From the NCBI RefSeq assembly GCF_006345805.1, contig NC_043018.1, positions 18,352,001-18,416,000 of the forward strand: a stretch of DNA of 64,000 bases, given 5' to 3'. Of this stretch, positions 26,859 through 39,191 are shown piece by piece. The position numbers and the translations under genes were made by a program. The notes under the pieces are model-generated. The model saw nothing but the letters and a program-made list of their open reading frames with translations, had not been told where the DNA came from and ran no database searches. Numbering within the stretch: the first letter of the stretch is position 1; each line of letters opens with the position of its first letter. Origin of the DNA: Octopus sinensis. Lineage: Eukaryota.

Positions 26859-27039
26859 ATATATATATATATAAAACCATCACCCTGTAAATATGAATTT
26901 CTGTAACTCTGGCCAAGCTGTTAATTTAGAATTTAAAAAATTTTTTTCGTTATTTGCTCTATCTTACACTCATTCAAATTCATAAGTTTATGAAGGAATT
27001 TCTTCATAAAAACATATCCAGAAAATTTTGATATATGGT

Positions 27040-28090
27040 CAAAAAAAAAAATTTGCTTTATCATTTATATTTAAAAATTCATTTACAACCATAGAGTGCA
27101 TCATTTCCAGCACAGTCCTTTCGCTTTTCAACACAGTCCCATGTCTGCATAAGCTTCTTTACTCTCTCAAAAAACATGTTGGGTTGAGATGTAAGCCATA
27201 CATGTACCACGTCTTTCATTTCTTGAAATAAATCTTCAGCCTCTTCAGGTATCTTTCAATGGAGAAAACTGGTGATAGTTTGAACAAACAGGGTCAGGAC
27301 TATTAAAGGCAGACACTCCAGAATTTGGAATTTCAGTTTCTGGAAGATTCTAACACTCTGAACATCAACAATTTGTGGGCATTGTCTGTAACAACAGAAT
27401 GCTTTTGGAAAGAAGTCTTAAACTTTTGTTTCAACTTAAAGGCCTTAGCTTGTCATGCACTGTCTGACTATAATGAGCAGTGTTTGTTGCTCATTATCTC
27501 CTGATAATGTTATCTCCTGAAATACGTTTCTTTCCTTTTTTGCCAATGCTGGAACATTATCATTTTTATTTCTGTTCATTCTCTTCTGATGCTTTTTTTT
27601 TCTTCCATTGAGATTGTGGACATGACTTTTCTGTAATCCAGATTGCAGAGGTGTAACCGCTTCGTCATCAATAATAATTTTTTTCCAGGGAGTCATCATT
27701 GTTACCATAGCAGTCCATAAGTGGTTGGCAGATTTCGGAACAATTTTCCGTATGTCTATGAGTTGCTTAAGGTCTATCGAGTCTGTTGTGATTGATTTCA
27801 TAGAGAGAATCGCATCTAATTTGCATATCATTTTGCCAGTTCATCAATAGTCACAGGATCATGTCACAAACTCATCTGCTGCTGTTATTAACGCAGTACA
27901 TGACTTCTTGTCCGATTCCTTCTTGAAGTGAGACACTTCTGCAACCACTTTCGAATATTTCAGTCTTTCAGTCTATTTGTAGACAATTCCCAGCAACAAA
28001 ACAATGTTTCTATTTACTGCTGAAAGCTTCTGATGGATTCCACACCGTGAAACACCTCCAGGCACAGAAAACATATCAATAAATAATAAA
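27040..28090 (-). mobile_element. Decayed mariner transposase
   Basis: C-terminal frame SPDPVCSNYHQFSPLKDT.RG.RF...KDVVHVWLTSQPNMFF matches mariner SPDLAPSDYHLF.PLK..LRG.RF...W...Q...FF; upstream frames carry many stops. Confidence 0.7.
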
Positions 28091-28104
28091 TACTACCTTT
28101 CTTT

Positions 28105-28488
28105 GTGGAGGCGCAATGGCCCAGTGGTTAGGGCAGCAGACTCGTGGTCATAGGATCACGGTTTCGATTCCCAGACCAGGCATTGTGAGTGTTTATTGAG
28201 CGAAAACACCCAAAGCTCCACAAGGCTCCGGCAGGGATTGGTGGCGAACCCTGTGTACTCTTTCACCACAACTTTCTCTCAATCTTTCTTCCTGTTTCTG
28301 TTGTACCTGTATTTCAAAGGGGCCAACCTTGTCACACTCTGTGTCACGCTGATTCTCCAGGAGAACTACGTTAAGGGCACACGTGTCTGTGGAGTGCTCA
28401 GCCACATACACATTAATTTTTCATGAGCAGGCTGTTCCATTTATAGGACCAACTGGAACCTTCGTCGTCGTAACCGACAGAGTGCCAC
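28105..28488 (+). mobile_element. SINE family C
   Basis: tRNA-like A/B boxes tggcccagtgg / ggtttcgattccc. Confidence 0.85.
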
Positions 28489-28862
28489 AATAGATAGATA
28501 CTACTCTTCTGTAAAGCCATTAAAAAAGAGAGCAGAGTGATCATACTGGACATAATGATAACGTAACTGATATTTGATGGTCAAATCATTGTGTAATGAC
28601 TAAAGCAAAATCAATACAAATAATGTGCGCATAATTAATTTTCCCATTCGTGTAATATTGTATGTGCATATATTTCTGTAAATATATACATTTATGTGCA
28701 CGTAGGGTTCATTTTACTGTGTTAATTATATATGAAAAGACATATGAACTCTTCTGGATATTTCATATTACTCAAGTTCTACAATTTCTCTCATATAAAA
28801 TTTCAACAATGTGTATGTTTGTGTGTATTATAATAAGTGCACATTACTTTATTGTTAGCATG

Positions 28863-29235
28863 GTGGAGGTGCAATAGCCCAGTGGTTAGGGCAGTGGTCG
28901 TAGGATCGTAGTTTCGATTTCCAGACCAGGTGTTGTTTATTGAGCAAAAACACCAAAAGTTCAACGAGGCTCCGGCAGGCGATGGTGGTGAACCCTTCTG
29001 TGCTTTACTCTTTCACCACAACATTATCTCACTCTTTCTTCCTGTTTCTATTGTACCTGTATTTCAAAGGGCCAGCCTTGTCAGACTATGTCACGCTGAA
29101 TCCTCCCCGAGAACTACGTTAAGGGTACACGTGTTTGTGGAGTGCTCAGCCACTTGCACGTTAATTTCACGAGCTGGCTGTTCCATTGATCAGATAAACT
29201 CGAACACTCGCCATAGCAACTGGTGGAGTACCACA
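28863..29235 (+). mobile_element. SINE family C
   Basis: Homologous to 28105-28488. Confidence 0.8.
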
Positions 29236-30074
29236 ACGATTTGTATATGCAAGGTGCAGGCATGGCTGTATGGTAAGAAGCTTCTTTCCCAACCATATGG
29301 TTTTGGGTTCAGTCCCACTGTCTTCCACTATAGCCTTGGGTCAACCAAATCTTTGTGAGTGGGTTTCATAGACAGAAACTGAAAGAAGCTCATCATATAT
29401 GTGTGTGTGTGTCTTTGTGTTGGTGTTTGTCACTCCACCACGGCTTGACAACTGGTGTTAGTGTGTTTATCCGTCACATGTAAAAAGTAGGTGTATGTCT
29501 CTGTGTGTGTGTGTATATATATATACATATATATATGTATTATCATCATTGTTTAATGTCTGCTTTCCATGCAGGAATGGGTCGGATGGTTTGACTGAGG
29601 ACTGGCAAGCCAGGAGGCTGCACCAGGCTCCAATCTGATCTGGCAATGTTTCTACAGCTGGATGCCCTTCCTAATGCCAACTACTCTGAGAGTGTGTTTT
29701 TCCACCAGCTTAAGAGCCAGTCAGATGGACCAGCATCGACCACATTATATATATATATATATATATATCATGCAATCAAGTAATCAAAAACAGAATCAAC
29801 ATTATTGGATGTTGCTACATCGCTGGTCACAATGTGCTCTGCATCGTTTTATCTTCTGACTGATGCCACCTACTGGCAAACAGGCTGACATCCGCCGTCC
29901 CCCCCCCCATCTGATTGGAAGGTTAGTCTGTGAAAGAGTTGTCCATTTAAAGCTGAGTGGAGAGGAGCAATGTGGAAGGAAGTGTTTTGCTCAAGAACAC
30001 AATGTGTCACTCAGTCTGGGAACCAAACACCACAATCTAGCCATTGTGAGTACAACACCCTGACCACTAGACCA

Positions 30075-30857
30075 ATTTCTTTACTACCCACAAGGGGCTA
30101 AACACAGAAAGGACAAACAAGGACAGACAAACGGAGTGAGTCGATTATATCGACACCAGTGCGTAACTGGTACTTATTTAATCGACCCCCCTCAAAAGAT
30201 GAAAGGCAAAGTCGACCTCGGCGGAATTTGAACTCAGAACGTAGTGGCAGACGAAATACCTATTTCTATTTCTTTACTACCCAAAAGGGGCTAAACACAG
30301 AAAGGACAAACAAGGACAGACAAACGGAGTAAGTTGATTATATCGACCCCAGTGTGTAACTGGTACTTATTTAATTGACACCCAAAGGATGAAAGGCAAA
30401 GTTGACCTCGGCAGAATTTGAACTCAGAACGTAGTGGTAGACGAAATACCTATTTCTATTTCTTTACTACCCACAGTGGGCTAAACACAGAAAGGACAAA
30501 CAAGGACAGACAAACGGAGTGAGTCGATTATATCGACCCCAGTGCGTAACTGGTACTTATTTAATCGACCCCAAAGGATGAAAGGCAAAGTCGACCTCGG
30601 CGGAATTTGAACTCAGAACATAGTGGCAGACGAAATACCTATTTCTTTACTACCCACAAGGGGCTAAACACAGAAAAGACAAACGGAAGAAGTCGATTAT
30701 ATCGACCCCAGTGCATAACTGGTATTTATTTAGTCGACCCCAAAGGACGAAAGGTAAAGTCGACCTCGGCGGAATTTGAACTCAGAACGTAGCGGCAGAC
30801 GAAATACCGCAAAGCATTTCACCCAGTGCGCTAACGTTTCTGCCATCCCGCCGCCTT
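30075..30857 (-). mobile_element. SINE family B, head plus four tandem about 190-bp body units
   Basis: Units start near 30076, 30269, 30460 and 30643; single head at 30810-30857; 13-bp TSD gaccactagacca / gatcactagacca. Confidence 0.9.
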
Positions 30858-31015
30858 CTTGATCACTAGACCACACACACACACACACACACACACGTGT
30901 GTGTGTATGTGTGCCTGGATGACTGTGTATGTATATATATATGCGAGTGAATGTATACACAGGTATGCATGTGATTTTGAAGAAATGCAATTGATTTCTA
31001 TATTGTATTACATTC

Positions 31016-31047
31016 CACATCATCATCATCATCATCATCATCATCAA

Positions 31048-31079
<32 letters not shown>

Positions 31080-31137
31080 ACATCATCAACATCATCATCA
31101 TCAACATCATCTACATCTACATCATCATCATCAACAT
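31016..31137. repeat. (CAT)n microsatellite
   Basis: Explains the poly-His and poly-Met ORFs. Confidence 0.95.
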
Positions 31138-31693
31138 GTATGTCAATATTCCTTCTGGAATTTTCTCACATCTTTCTTTCGCTTTTCTTTCATTTTCTAC
31201 TTATTCAGTTCTTTTTCAAATCACTCTTTCATCACAGCTGACTTTCCACCTAAGCACTCTGAAGCACTCTATACACATAAACCTGCTATCCCCCCCCACC
31301 CGATCCCAATCTCCTAACCCCTTCTATTACATTCGCGTCACCTCAGCATGTCTTATACTTGTAACCATATTCAGGTGCCCTTTAACATAATCGTTTCTTC
31401 CCCAAAAACAACTTATCTCCAAACCATGCCCTGTTGTTCTCTCAAAGCTCACTCAATTCACAAACATTCTCTCCATTGCTCCTTTTTCTTTTGTTGTACA
31501 GCAAAACTGTATACCCCTACAGGTAAAAAGTAGTAGGAACCAGCCATTATAAATAAACCAGTAGCTGGTCATCAATTGAGGGTCGAGAGTCAAAGAGTTG
31601 AGTCTATACTTTTAGTTGGTGTCTTGTGGAGTTATCAGCAATAGTAAAAGAAAAGTTAGTGTATTACTATACTGCTACAAAGTGATATACATT

Positions 31694-31920
31694 TCTTTAC
31701 TGCCCACAAGGGGCTAAACATAGAGAGGACAAACAAGGACAGACAAAGGGATTGAGTCGATTACATCGACCCCCAGTGCAAAACTGGTAATTTATTTATC
31801 GACCCTGAAAGGATGAAAGGCAAAGTCGACCTTGGCGGAATTTGAACTCAGAACATAGCGGCAGATGAAATACTGCTAAGCATGTTGCCCGGCGTGCTAA
31901 CGATTCTGCCAGTTCGCCAC
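31694..31920 (-). mobile_element. SINE family B monomer
   Basis: Matches the SINE-B consensus. Confidence 0.8.
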
Positions 31921-31985
31921 CAGCTCTGGTACAAATATATATATATACACACATATATCCATATATGTGTATATATCCATATATG

Positions 31986-32330
31986 TGAAGGTGCATGGCT
32001 CAGTAGTTACAGCGTCGAGCTTACGATCGCGAGGTTGTGAGTACAAATCCTGGACAGGGCTGCGTGTTGTACTCTTGAGCAAAACACTTTATTTCACATT
32101 GCTCCAGTTCACTCAGCTGTAGAAATGAGTTGCGACATCACAGGTGCCAAGCTGTATCAACCCCTTTGCCTTTCCCTTGGATAACACTGGTAGCATGGAG
32201 AGGGGAGGCTGGTATGCATGGGCGATTGCTGGTCTTCCATAAACAAACTTGCCTGGACTTGTGCCTGGAAAGGTAACTTCCTAGGTGCAATCCCATGGTC
32301 ATTCATGACTGAAGGGGGCCTCAGCATCAA
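31986..32330 (+). mobile_element. tRNA-derived SINE (family D-related head)
   Basis: gaaggtgcatggctcagtagtta..gaggttgtgagtacaaatcc head, then ctcttgagcaaaacacttt..ttgctccagttcactcagc. Confidence 0.65.
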
Positions 32331-32375
32331 TATATGTGTGCGTGTATGTATGTGTACATATCTATATATACATGC

Positions 32376-32406
<31 letters not shown>

Positions 32407-32617
32407 GAAATAGAAAGATGAATAATCTTGTAGTAGATTAATCAAAAGTTTAACCGATACCTTAGTAGCAAAAATCACAGCAGTGAACAGCACGGTTGGA
32501 GGTACAACCATCTGGCGTAGCAACCGTGCGTTGGTGCGGATAATTGAAATTAAAACATTATTGGTGAATTGAAGAAATGGAGCTGAACGCAGATTGAACA
32601 GAAATCGTTTTATTTCA

Positions 32618-32697
32618 TTCTACACGTGTTTCGAAAGGCACAAATTACCAAAATCCGATTGAATAATGGGACCATATTGTGTCTTTCTCTTCAGGAA
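32618..32697 (-). ncRNA. Minimal type-I hammerhead ribozyme motif (mirror copy, sense to the INPP5F pre-mRNA)
   Basis: Exact reverse complement of 32967-33046. Confidence 0.75.
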
Positions 32698-32966
32698 GAA
32701 AAAGGAAATCCGTTGGAAAAACAAAAACAGAACAGAGGCAGAGCAAAAAACAAATCGAACTGTGCTCCTAAGAGCCCATGGCGAAACTGTTTATCAGTGT
32801 ATGTTGAGAACCGGTGGCTGAAGAATTCAACAGGTCAGGCATCGGTCAAACATGTGGGTGAGGGTGTATAGACGTTCTTTGTGACCGAGAATAAAGTTCT
32901 GACTATTTAAAGAATTTTGCTCTGCCTCTGTTCTGTTTTTGTTTTTCCAACGGATTTCCTTTTTTC

Positions 32967-33046
32967 TTCCTGAAGAGAAAGACACAATATGGTCCCATTA
33001 TTCAATCGGATTTTGGTAATTTGTGCCTTTCGAAACACGTGTAGAA
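32967..33046 (+). ncRNA. Minimal type-I hammerhead ribozyme motif
   Basis: TTC-CTGAAGA-GAAAGACACA..TGTGCCTTTC-GAAA-C(ACGT)G-TA^-GAA. All core nucleotides canonical; predicted cleavage after 33043. Confidence 0.75.
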
Positions 33047-33132
33047 TGAAATAAAACGATTTCTGTTCAATCTGCGTTCAGCTCCATTTCTTCAATTCAC
33101 CAATAATGTTATATATATATATATATATAATG

Positions 33133-33262
33133 GGAAGGTTTACGAAAATAAACAAAAGACGAAGGCAGGTGGAGTACAAACAAACAAATGTATCAATATG
33201 GCGCTCAGGAACAGAAATAGAACAAGTCCTTTACGTTTCGAGCCTACGCTCTTCGACAGAAT
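33133..33262 (-). mobile_element. Penelope-like pLTR fragment with CUGUCGA-variant hammerhead
   Basis: Homologous to 8293-8460; minus strand TT-CTGTCGA-A-GAGC(GTAG)GCTC-GAAA-CGT-A-AA. Confidence 0.6.
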
Positions 33263-33725
33263 ATACATATGTTCATATACATATAAGTACATATATGGGT
33301 ATATATATATATATATATGCATAGATGTGCATATGCATGTATATATGCATATGTGTATATACTTTAGGGAATGAGAATATTTTCATGTATATATGTGCAC
33401 ATGCATCCATGCATACACACACCTGTGTCACAGTGACCTGGTGATGTTAATTCTTTTTTTTTTTTGCACCTGTAAAACTTGACACATAGTGGCAATGATT
33501 ATATGGCAGCTACCCACTTTCCAACAAAATTGGTGGCCTCCCTAAATCTCCTGGAATGTTATTTATTCTGAGGTAATTTCTTCAGTCATTGTCAGGAGCA
33601 AGTGATTCCAAAAACGACCACCATATACTTGGCTACATATTGTAAAAGTAGATTACACCTTGATTACATAAGGGAAAATAAATCAGGAGCATGAGAAAAA
33701 GGTTTAGTTTGGAGAAGAGGAATAA

Positions 33726-33780
<55 letters not shown>

Positions 33781-35769
33781 TACCATGATTTAGTGTGGAG
33801 CGGAGAAGAAAAATATAAGAAAACAAAGTTTGATGCTAGAAGAAAGACAATCAAAAATAATTCTTCAATGAATACAAAGAGATTTTACTTGTACAAGGAA
33901 TGGAAATGATGGAAATCAGCAAGATTCCTGTTGCAGAAAACAAAAATAGAAAACGGTAAGATCTACTCTAAAGAAGAAATTAACAAAAAAAATAAAAAAA
34001 GTTAGGAAATAAATAAGTACATAAATAAATAACTAAATAAACGAAATTAAAAATAAAAGGATAATAAATAAATACGAAAAAAACACAAAATTCGAGAATT
34101 CTTAGAGTTTTTAATTTTAGACAAAATAAATCTATAAAAATGAACAGAAACAATGAAGATAATAATATGAAATATAAAATTTTATGAGAAAGGAATTAAA
34201 AAAAAAAACTGTGAGAATCCCATTAATATTTCTTAATAGAATGATTAATAAAGTGTATGAAAGGTCTACGAGACAAGAGAATGAGGCTGAGTTCCATTGC
34301 AGATACATCATATTAGGAAAACATTAATATTTGAAAGTGTGTGCGTGTGTGTGTGTGTTTCTTTCTTTTATTCAATAAAATCGGTATTGTTCTCGAAAGA
34401 ATGAAACAAAGATCCACCCTTGACTTTATATCCTGCAAGAACGGGTTTGCTTCTTTCAGTTATTGTTTTGTTATTTGTTTGGTTTTAATTTCTTCATTTC
34501 TTTTTTCTTTTCTTTTTTTTTTTTTTGGTCTTAATATTTTTTTTCTATCGTTTTGTTTTGTTGTTGTTGTTGTTGTTCTGAATGCAATCTCTCGAAGAGA
34601 ACTAAACACGCGGGAAAAATAAACAAAAGCTATATAATTGTGAATTTTTACATATGCACATGCAGCATGAATGCAACACATAAGCATATACAGGCATAAA
34701 TATATATATATATATATATATATAAACATACAAATATGTGTATGTATATATACACTCACACACACTTAGGTATATATACATATGTATGTATATATATATA
34801 CACAAACATACATGTTTATCCATACATATACAAATAGTTATATAGCAACAATTATTTATACATAAATCTATCTATATGTCTCTGTATAAATATATACATT
34901 TATTTATATAGTTTATATATATATAGTTTATATATATATATAGTTTATATATATATATAGTTTATATATATATAGTTTTATATAATATATATATATATAT
35001 ATGGTTTTAATATGTATATAGTTTATATGCTAGCATGGAAAGCGGACGTTAAACGATGATGATGGTTTATAATTGTATATATACACATGTATATTTTTGT
35101 AGATGTAGATATCTATACATATATTTGTCTATATGTGTATATTTGTAAAAGTGTGTTTGGGTGGCGTGGGGGGTAAAATGCAGAAATCTTTCTAGAAAGA
35201 GGAAGGGTGGAAGTGAGAATGAAAGGAGGCAATACATTGCCATTCTGCTGCTGCTGCTGCTGCTACCTTGGGTTATTTTCTCTAGAATGGTTTTTTATCA
35301 AGTTTAACTTGTGTTTATGTAAAATAGTGTATAAAAAAAAACAAGAAACCCCCCCCCCCACAAAAATAAAACATAAGGGAAACGTAAATAAAATATTTAT
35401 TGAAATAAATTAATGGAGAATCTTTGTCGAATCAAAATATTTTAGTTTAGAAATACCCTAACTTTAGATTCTACTTCATTTTCCCTTTTAAATAATATTC
35501 AGAGAAACTCATTCATCAAAATGAAGACAATGGAGTCGAGATAAATAAAGATGTGAGGAAGAAGGAAAACAGAGACGAAAAATAAAAGAGAATGAAAAAA
35601 AAATGAAGGAACCAGAAAAGCTGTTAAGGACTGCGGAGTCTTTGTTTTGGTTTTTTTAAAATTTTGTTTCTGATGAAGAATTTTAGCAAAGTTTAAGTGT
35701 TGTAGAGAGAGAGAGAGTTGTCCCAAGAATCACTTCTTGTTTGAGAAGTTTTAGAAATTCTTGGAACAT

Positions 35770-35847
<78 letters not shown>

Positions 35848-36108
35848 CATACACACACACATATATATATATATACATACATACACACACACATATATAT
35901 ATACATACATACACACACACATATATATATATACATACAGACACACACACATATATATACATACATACATACACACACATATATATATATACATACACAC
36001 ACACATATATATATATATATATACATACATACACACATATATATATATACATACATACACACACATATATATATATACATACATACACACACATATATAT
36101 ACATATAT
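35770..36108. repeat. Compound (TA)n(CA)n(TACA)n microsatellite
   Basis: Visible directly. Confidence 0.95.
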
Positions 36109-36495
36109 AAACAAAAGGATATCACATACCTTTTGAGCATTTATATACATTCATACATAGACATACATATGTATATACATATATGCATGCAGTACATATG
36201 TGCACATAAATAAATTTCTACACACACATATATATACATATATAAACAAAAGGATATCACATACCTTTTGAGCATTTATATACATTCATACATAGACATA
36301 CATATGTATATACATATATGCATGCAGTACATATGTGCACATAAATAAATTTCTACACACACATATATATACATATATAAACAAAAGGATATCACATACC
36401 TTTTGAGCATTTATATACATTCATACATAGACATACATATGTATATACATATATGCATGCAGTACATATGTGCGCATAAATACATTTCTACACAC
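36100..36495. repeat. 135-bp unit x3 tandem repeat
   Basis: aaacaaaaggatatcacatacc recurs at 36109, 36244 and 36379. Confidence 0.93.
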
Positions 36496-36875
36496 ATGTA
36501 TACACATATACATATGAACAAGCAAAAATATACCCACATATATCGTCTCTCTCTCTCACACACACACTACAAACACGCAAAGAGAATTTGCCATATTTTC
36601 CTCAACAGCTCTTTTAGTTTATTTCATTCTACACTCAATTATAAAACCTACAAAGTGATCAGTGTGTATATGAGTGTATGGGGGTAAACACAACAAATGT
36701 ATGTTTGTGTACAGACACACATGTGTGTATGTATAAGTATTCACATACACGTGTATGTGTGTGTGTGGTTTATAGTTGCTCCATAAAACAAAATGTAATA
36801 ATTTTTATTTGCAAAACCTAAGATTTATGACATATATTAAATGTGAATATTCATACACAATATACACACATGCAT

Positions 36876-36908
<33 letters not shown>

Positions 36909-37775
36909 CGTTTAAATATTTGTTGTGCAAGATTTTTTATGTGAAGTCGTGTGTTGAAACAGATATTGTTATATTTCGGAATGGTCATATTGCCAGTTTA
37001 GCCAATAAAAACACACGCACTATATATTTGGTGTTATTTGTTTTTTACATTAATCTTAATCTTATTTCGGCCAGTGTTCTTTCGTCACACTCCCGTGACC
37101 GCATTAGTGGTCCTTTGTTTTCTTCTTTCTTATTTGTGTCCCTCCTTACTAACCGTCAGCCATTTTGTATTTCTATTGTATGTCTTCATTTGCGCATGTT
37201 TATATCTCTATGTGCGTCTATGTTTATTTAGTGTGTGTGTATGTGGGGGGGGGGGGATGCCTGTAATATTTGTATCTTCAGCTTATATATGTTCATGTAA
37301 TTTGTATTTTGTTTTTGTTCTTGTTTTTGTTTATTCTTATTTTGTTCATGTATTTACATCCACTTTTTATTATCATTACATATGCTTGTATGTATGAATG
37401 TATGTATGTATGTATGTATGTATGTATGTATGTATGTATGTATGTATGTATAACAACAATACTAGTAATAATAATAATAAATCGAATCGAAAAAAAAAAA
37501 AGATTAAGATTAATGTAAAAAATAAATAACACTGAAGCAAAATAACACCAAATATATAGTGCATGTGTTTTTATTGGCTAAACTGGCAAAATGACCATTC
37601 CTAAATACAACAATATATATATATATATAACACACATTCATTATATTATATAAAACACCAATTCATATATATATATATAAACACACATTCATATATAATA
37701 TATAAACACACATTCATATATATATATATAAACACACATTATATATATATATAAACACCACATTCATATATATAT

Positions 37776-37807
<32 letters not shown>

Positions 37808-37837
37808 ACACACATTCATATTCATATATATATCTTT

Positions 37838-38317
37838 TGCTCTTTTACTTGTTTCAGTCATTTGACTGTGGCCATGCTGGAGCACCACCTTTAGTCGAGC
37901 AAATCAACCCCAGAGCTTATTCTTTGTAAGCCTACTACTTATTTTATTGGTCTCTTTTGCTAAACTGCTAAGTTACTGGGACGTAAACACACCAGCATCG
38001 GTTGTCAAGCAATGTTGGGGGGGGGGGCAAATGCAGGTACACATACATACATACATATATATCATCATCATCATCATGATATATATGTATGTATGTATGT
38101 GTCTGCATTTGCCCCCCCCTCCCCAACATTGCTTGACAACTGATGCTGGTGTGTTTACGTCCCAAACGGGCTTCTTTCAGTTTCCATATACCAGATCCAC
38201 TCACAAGGCTTTGGTTGCCCCGGGCCATAGTAGAAGACACTTGCCCAAGGTGCTACACAGTGGGACGGAACCCGGAACCATGTGGTTGGTAAGCAAGCTT
38301 CTTACCACACAGCCACT
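37838..38317 (-). mobile_element. Rearranged SINE family A copy with internal local inversion
   Basis: Tail and head match the consensus; 38100-38160 is an inverted copy of 37975-38040. Confidence 0.75.
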
Positions 38318-39191
38318 GTTAATGTTGGTTAGATGCGAAGTTATGTCAAATTGTAACCCAATGTTGTGTTTGTGAAGCTGAATCTTAACTTCTGCTGGGT
38401 GCAGAAGCAAATATGACCCCTAGACATATTACTTCTTGCACCCAGCACATATTCAATTATTCTATATGGTCATACCAGCATAGTGTTGGTGGGTCTGAAA
38501 CTCTGTGTGTCTAAAACTGTGCTTGCGCAGTAGATGTGAAAAATTATAATATATAAAGATGAGACATGGGCTATTTTACTTCATAATGATATGTCAATCT
38601 TTGGCATACCCGCTGATGAGAGATTCACCTAGCAAATTATTTTATTTGCTAATTAGAGTTTGAATCATGGTCTGGTAACAAAATATGGTCATGTCATTAC
38701 ACTTCTACATGTTTAAGAAGATTGATTCACAGTAACATGTAGCTTGGGAATGTATCCTAGTATTTTCTTCAGACATACTTTAAAGGTGACTTAGCTGCTC
38801 TTTCTGACAGATCAAGTCAATTCTTACAACCTTTCACACTGTTACAAACAAATGATAATTTTAATTCTTTTAACTCCTGTCTTACTGTCATGTCATTACA
38901 CTTCTAGGACTTAGAATATCAAATCTTGCAACTTGCTACTTTGGTTTGCTTCAAGGTGAACTTTATTAACCCCTCTAATACTAATTACTTCAACCGTCAT
39001 TGAGCCCTTAATATTAATTAGATTACCCACGGAACAAACACTGATGTATCTCCCAAGTAGTTTCAACCCTCCATCAATTCTGTGTATGTTTCTCCTCTAA
39101 ACTATGGCATATTTACAATATTTGAATTCTCATATTCTGGCAATGTGCCACAGAGCACACACCAAAAGCAGAACCTTCTTTATATACACAA

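Larger units (their letters stand above)
32554..33110. repeat. Near-perfect inverted repeat (195/196-bp arms, 166-bp spacer), Penelope-like, flanked by (TA)n
   Basis: 32554-32748 is the reverse complement of 32915-33110 except for one A-run length difference. Confidence 0.96.

Noticed and set aside
30075-30857. Regularly spaced repeats superficially like a CRISPR array (also 46780-47185 and 61247-62600)
   Set aside because: Eukaryotic context, units repeat in full with no unique spacers, no cas genes.
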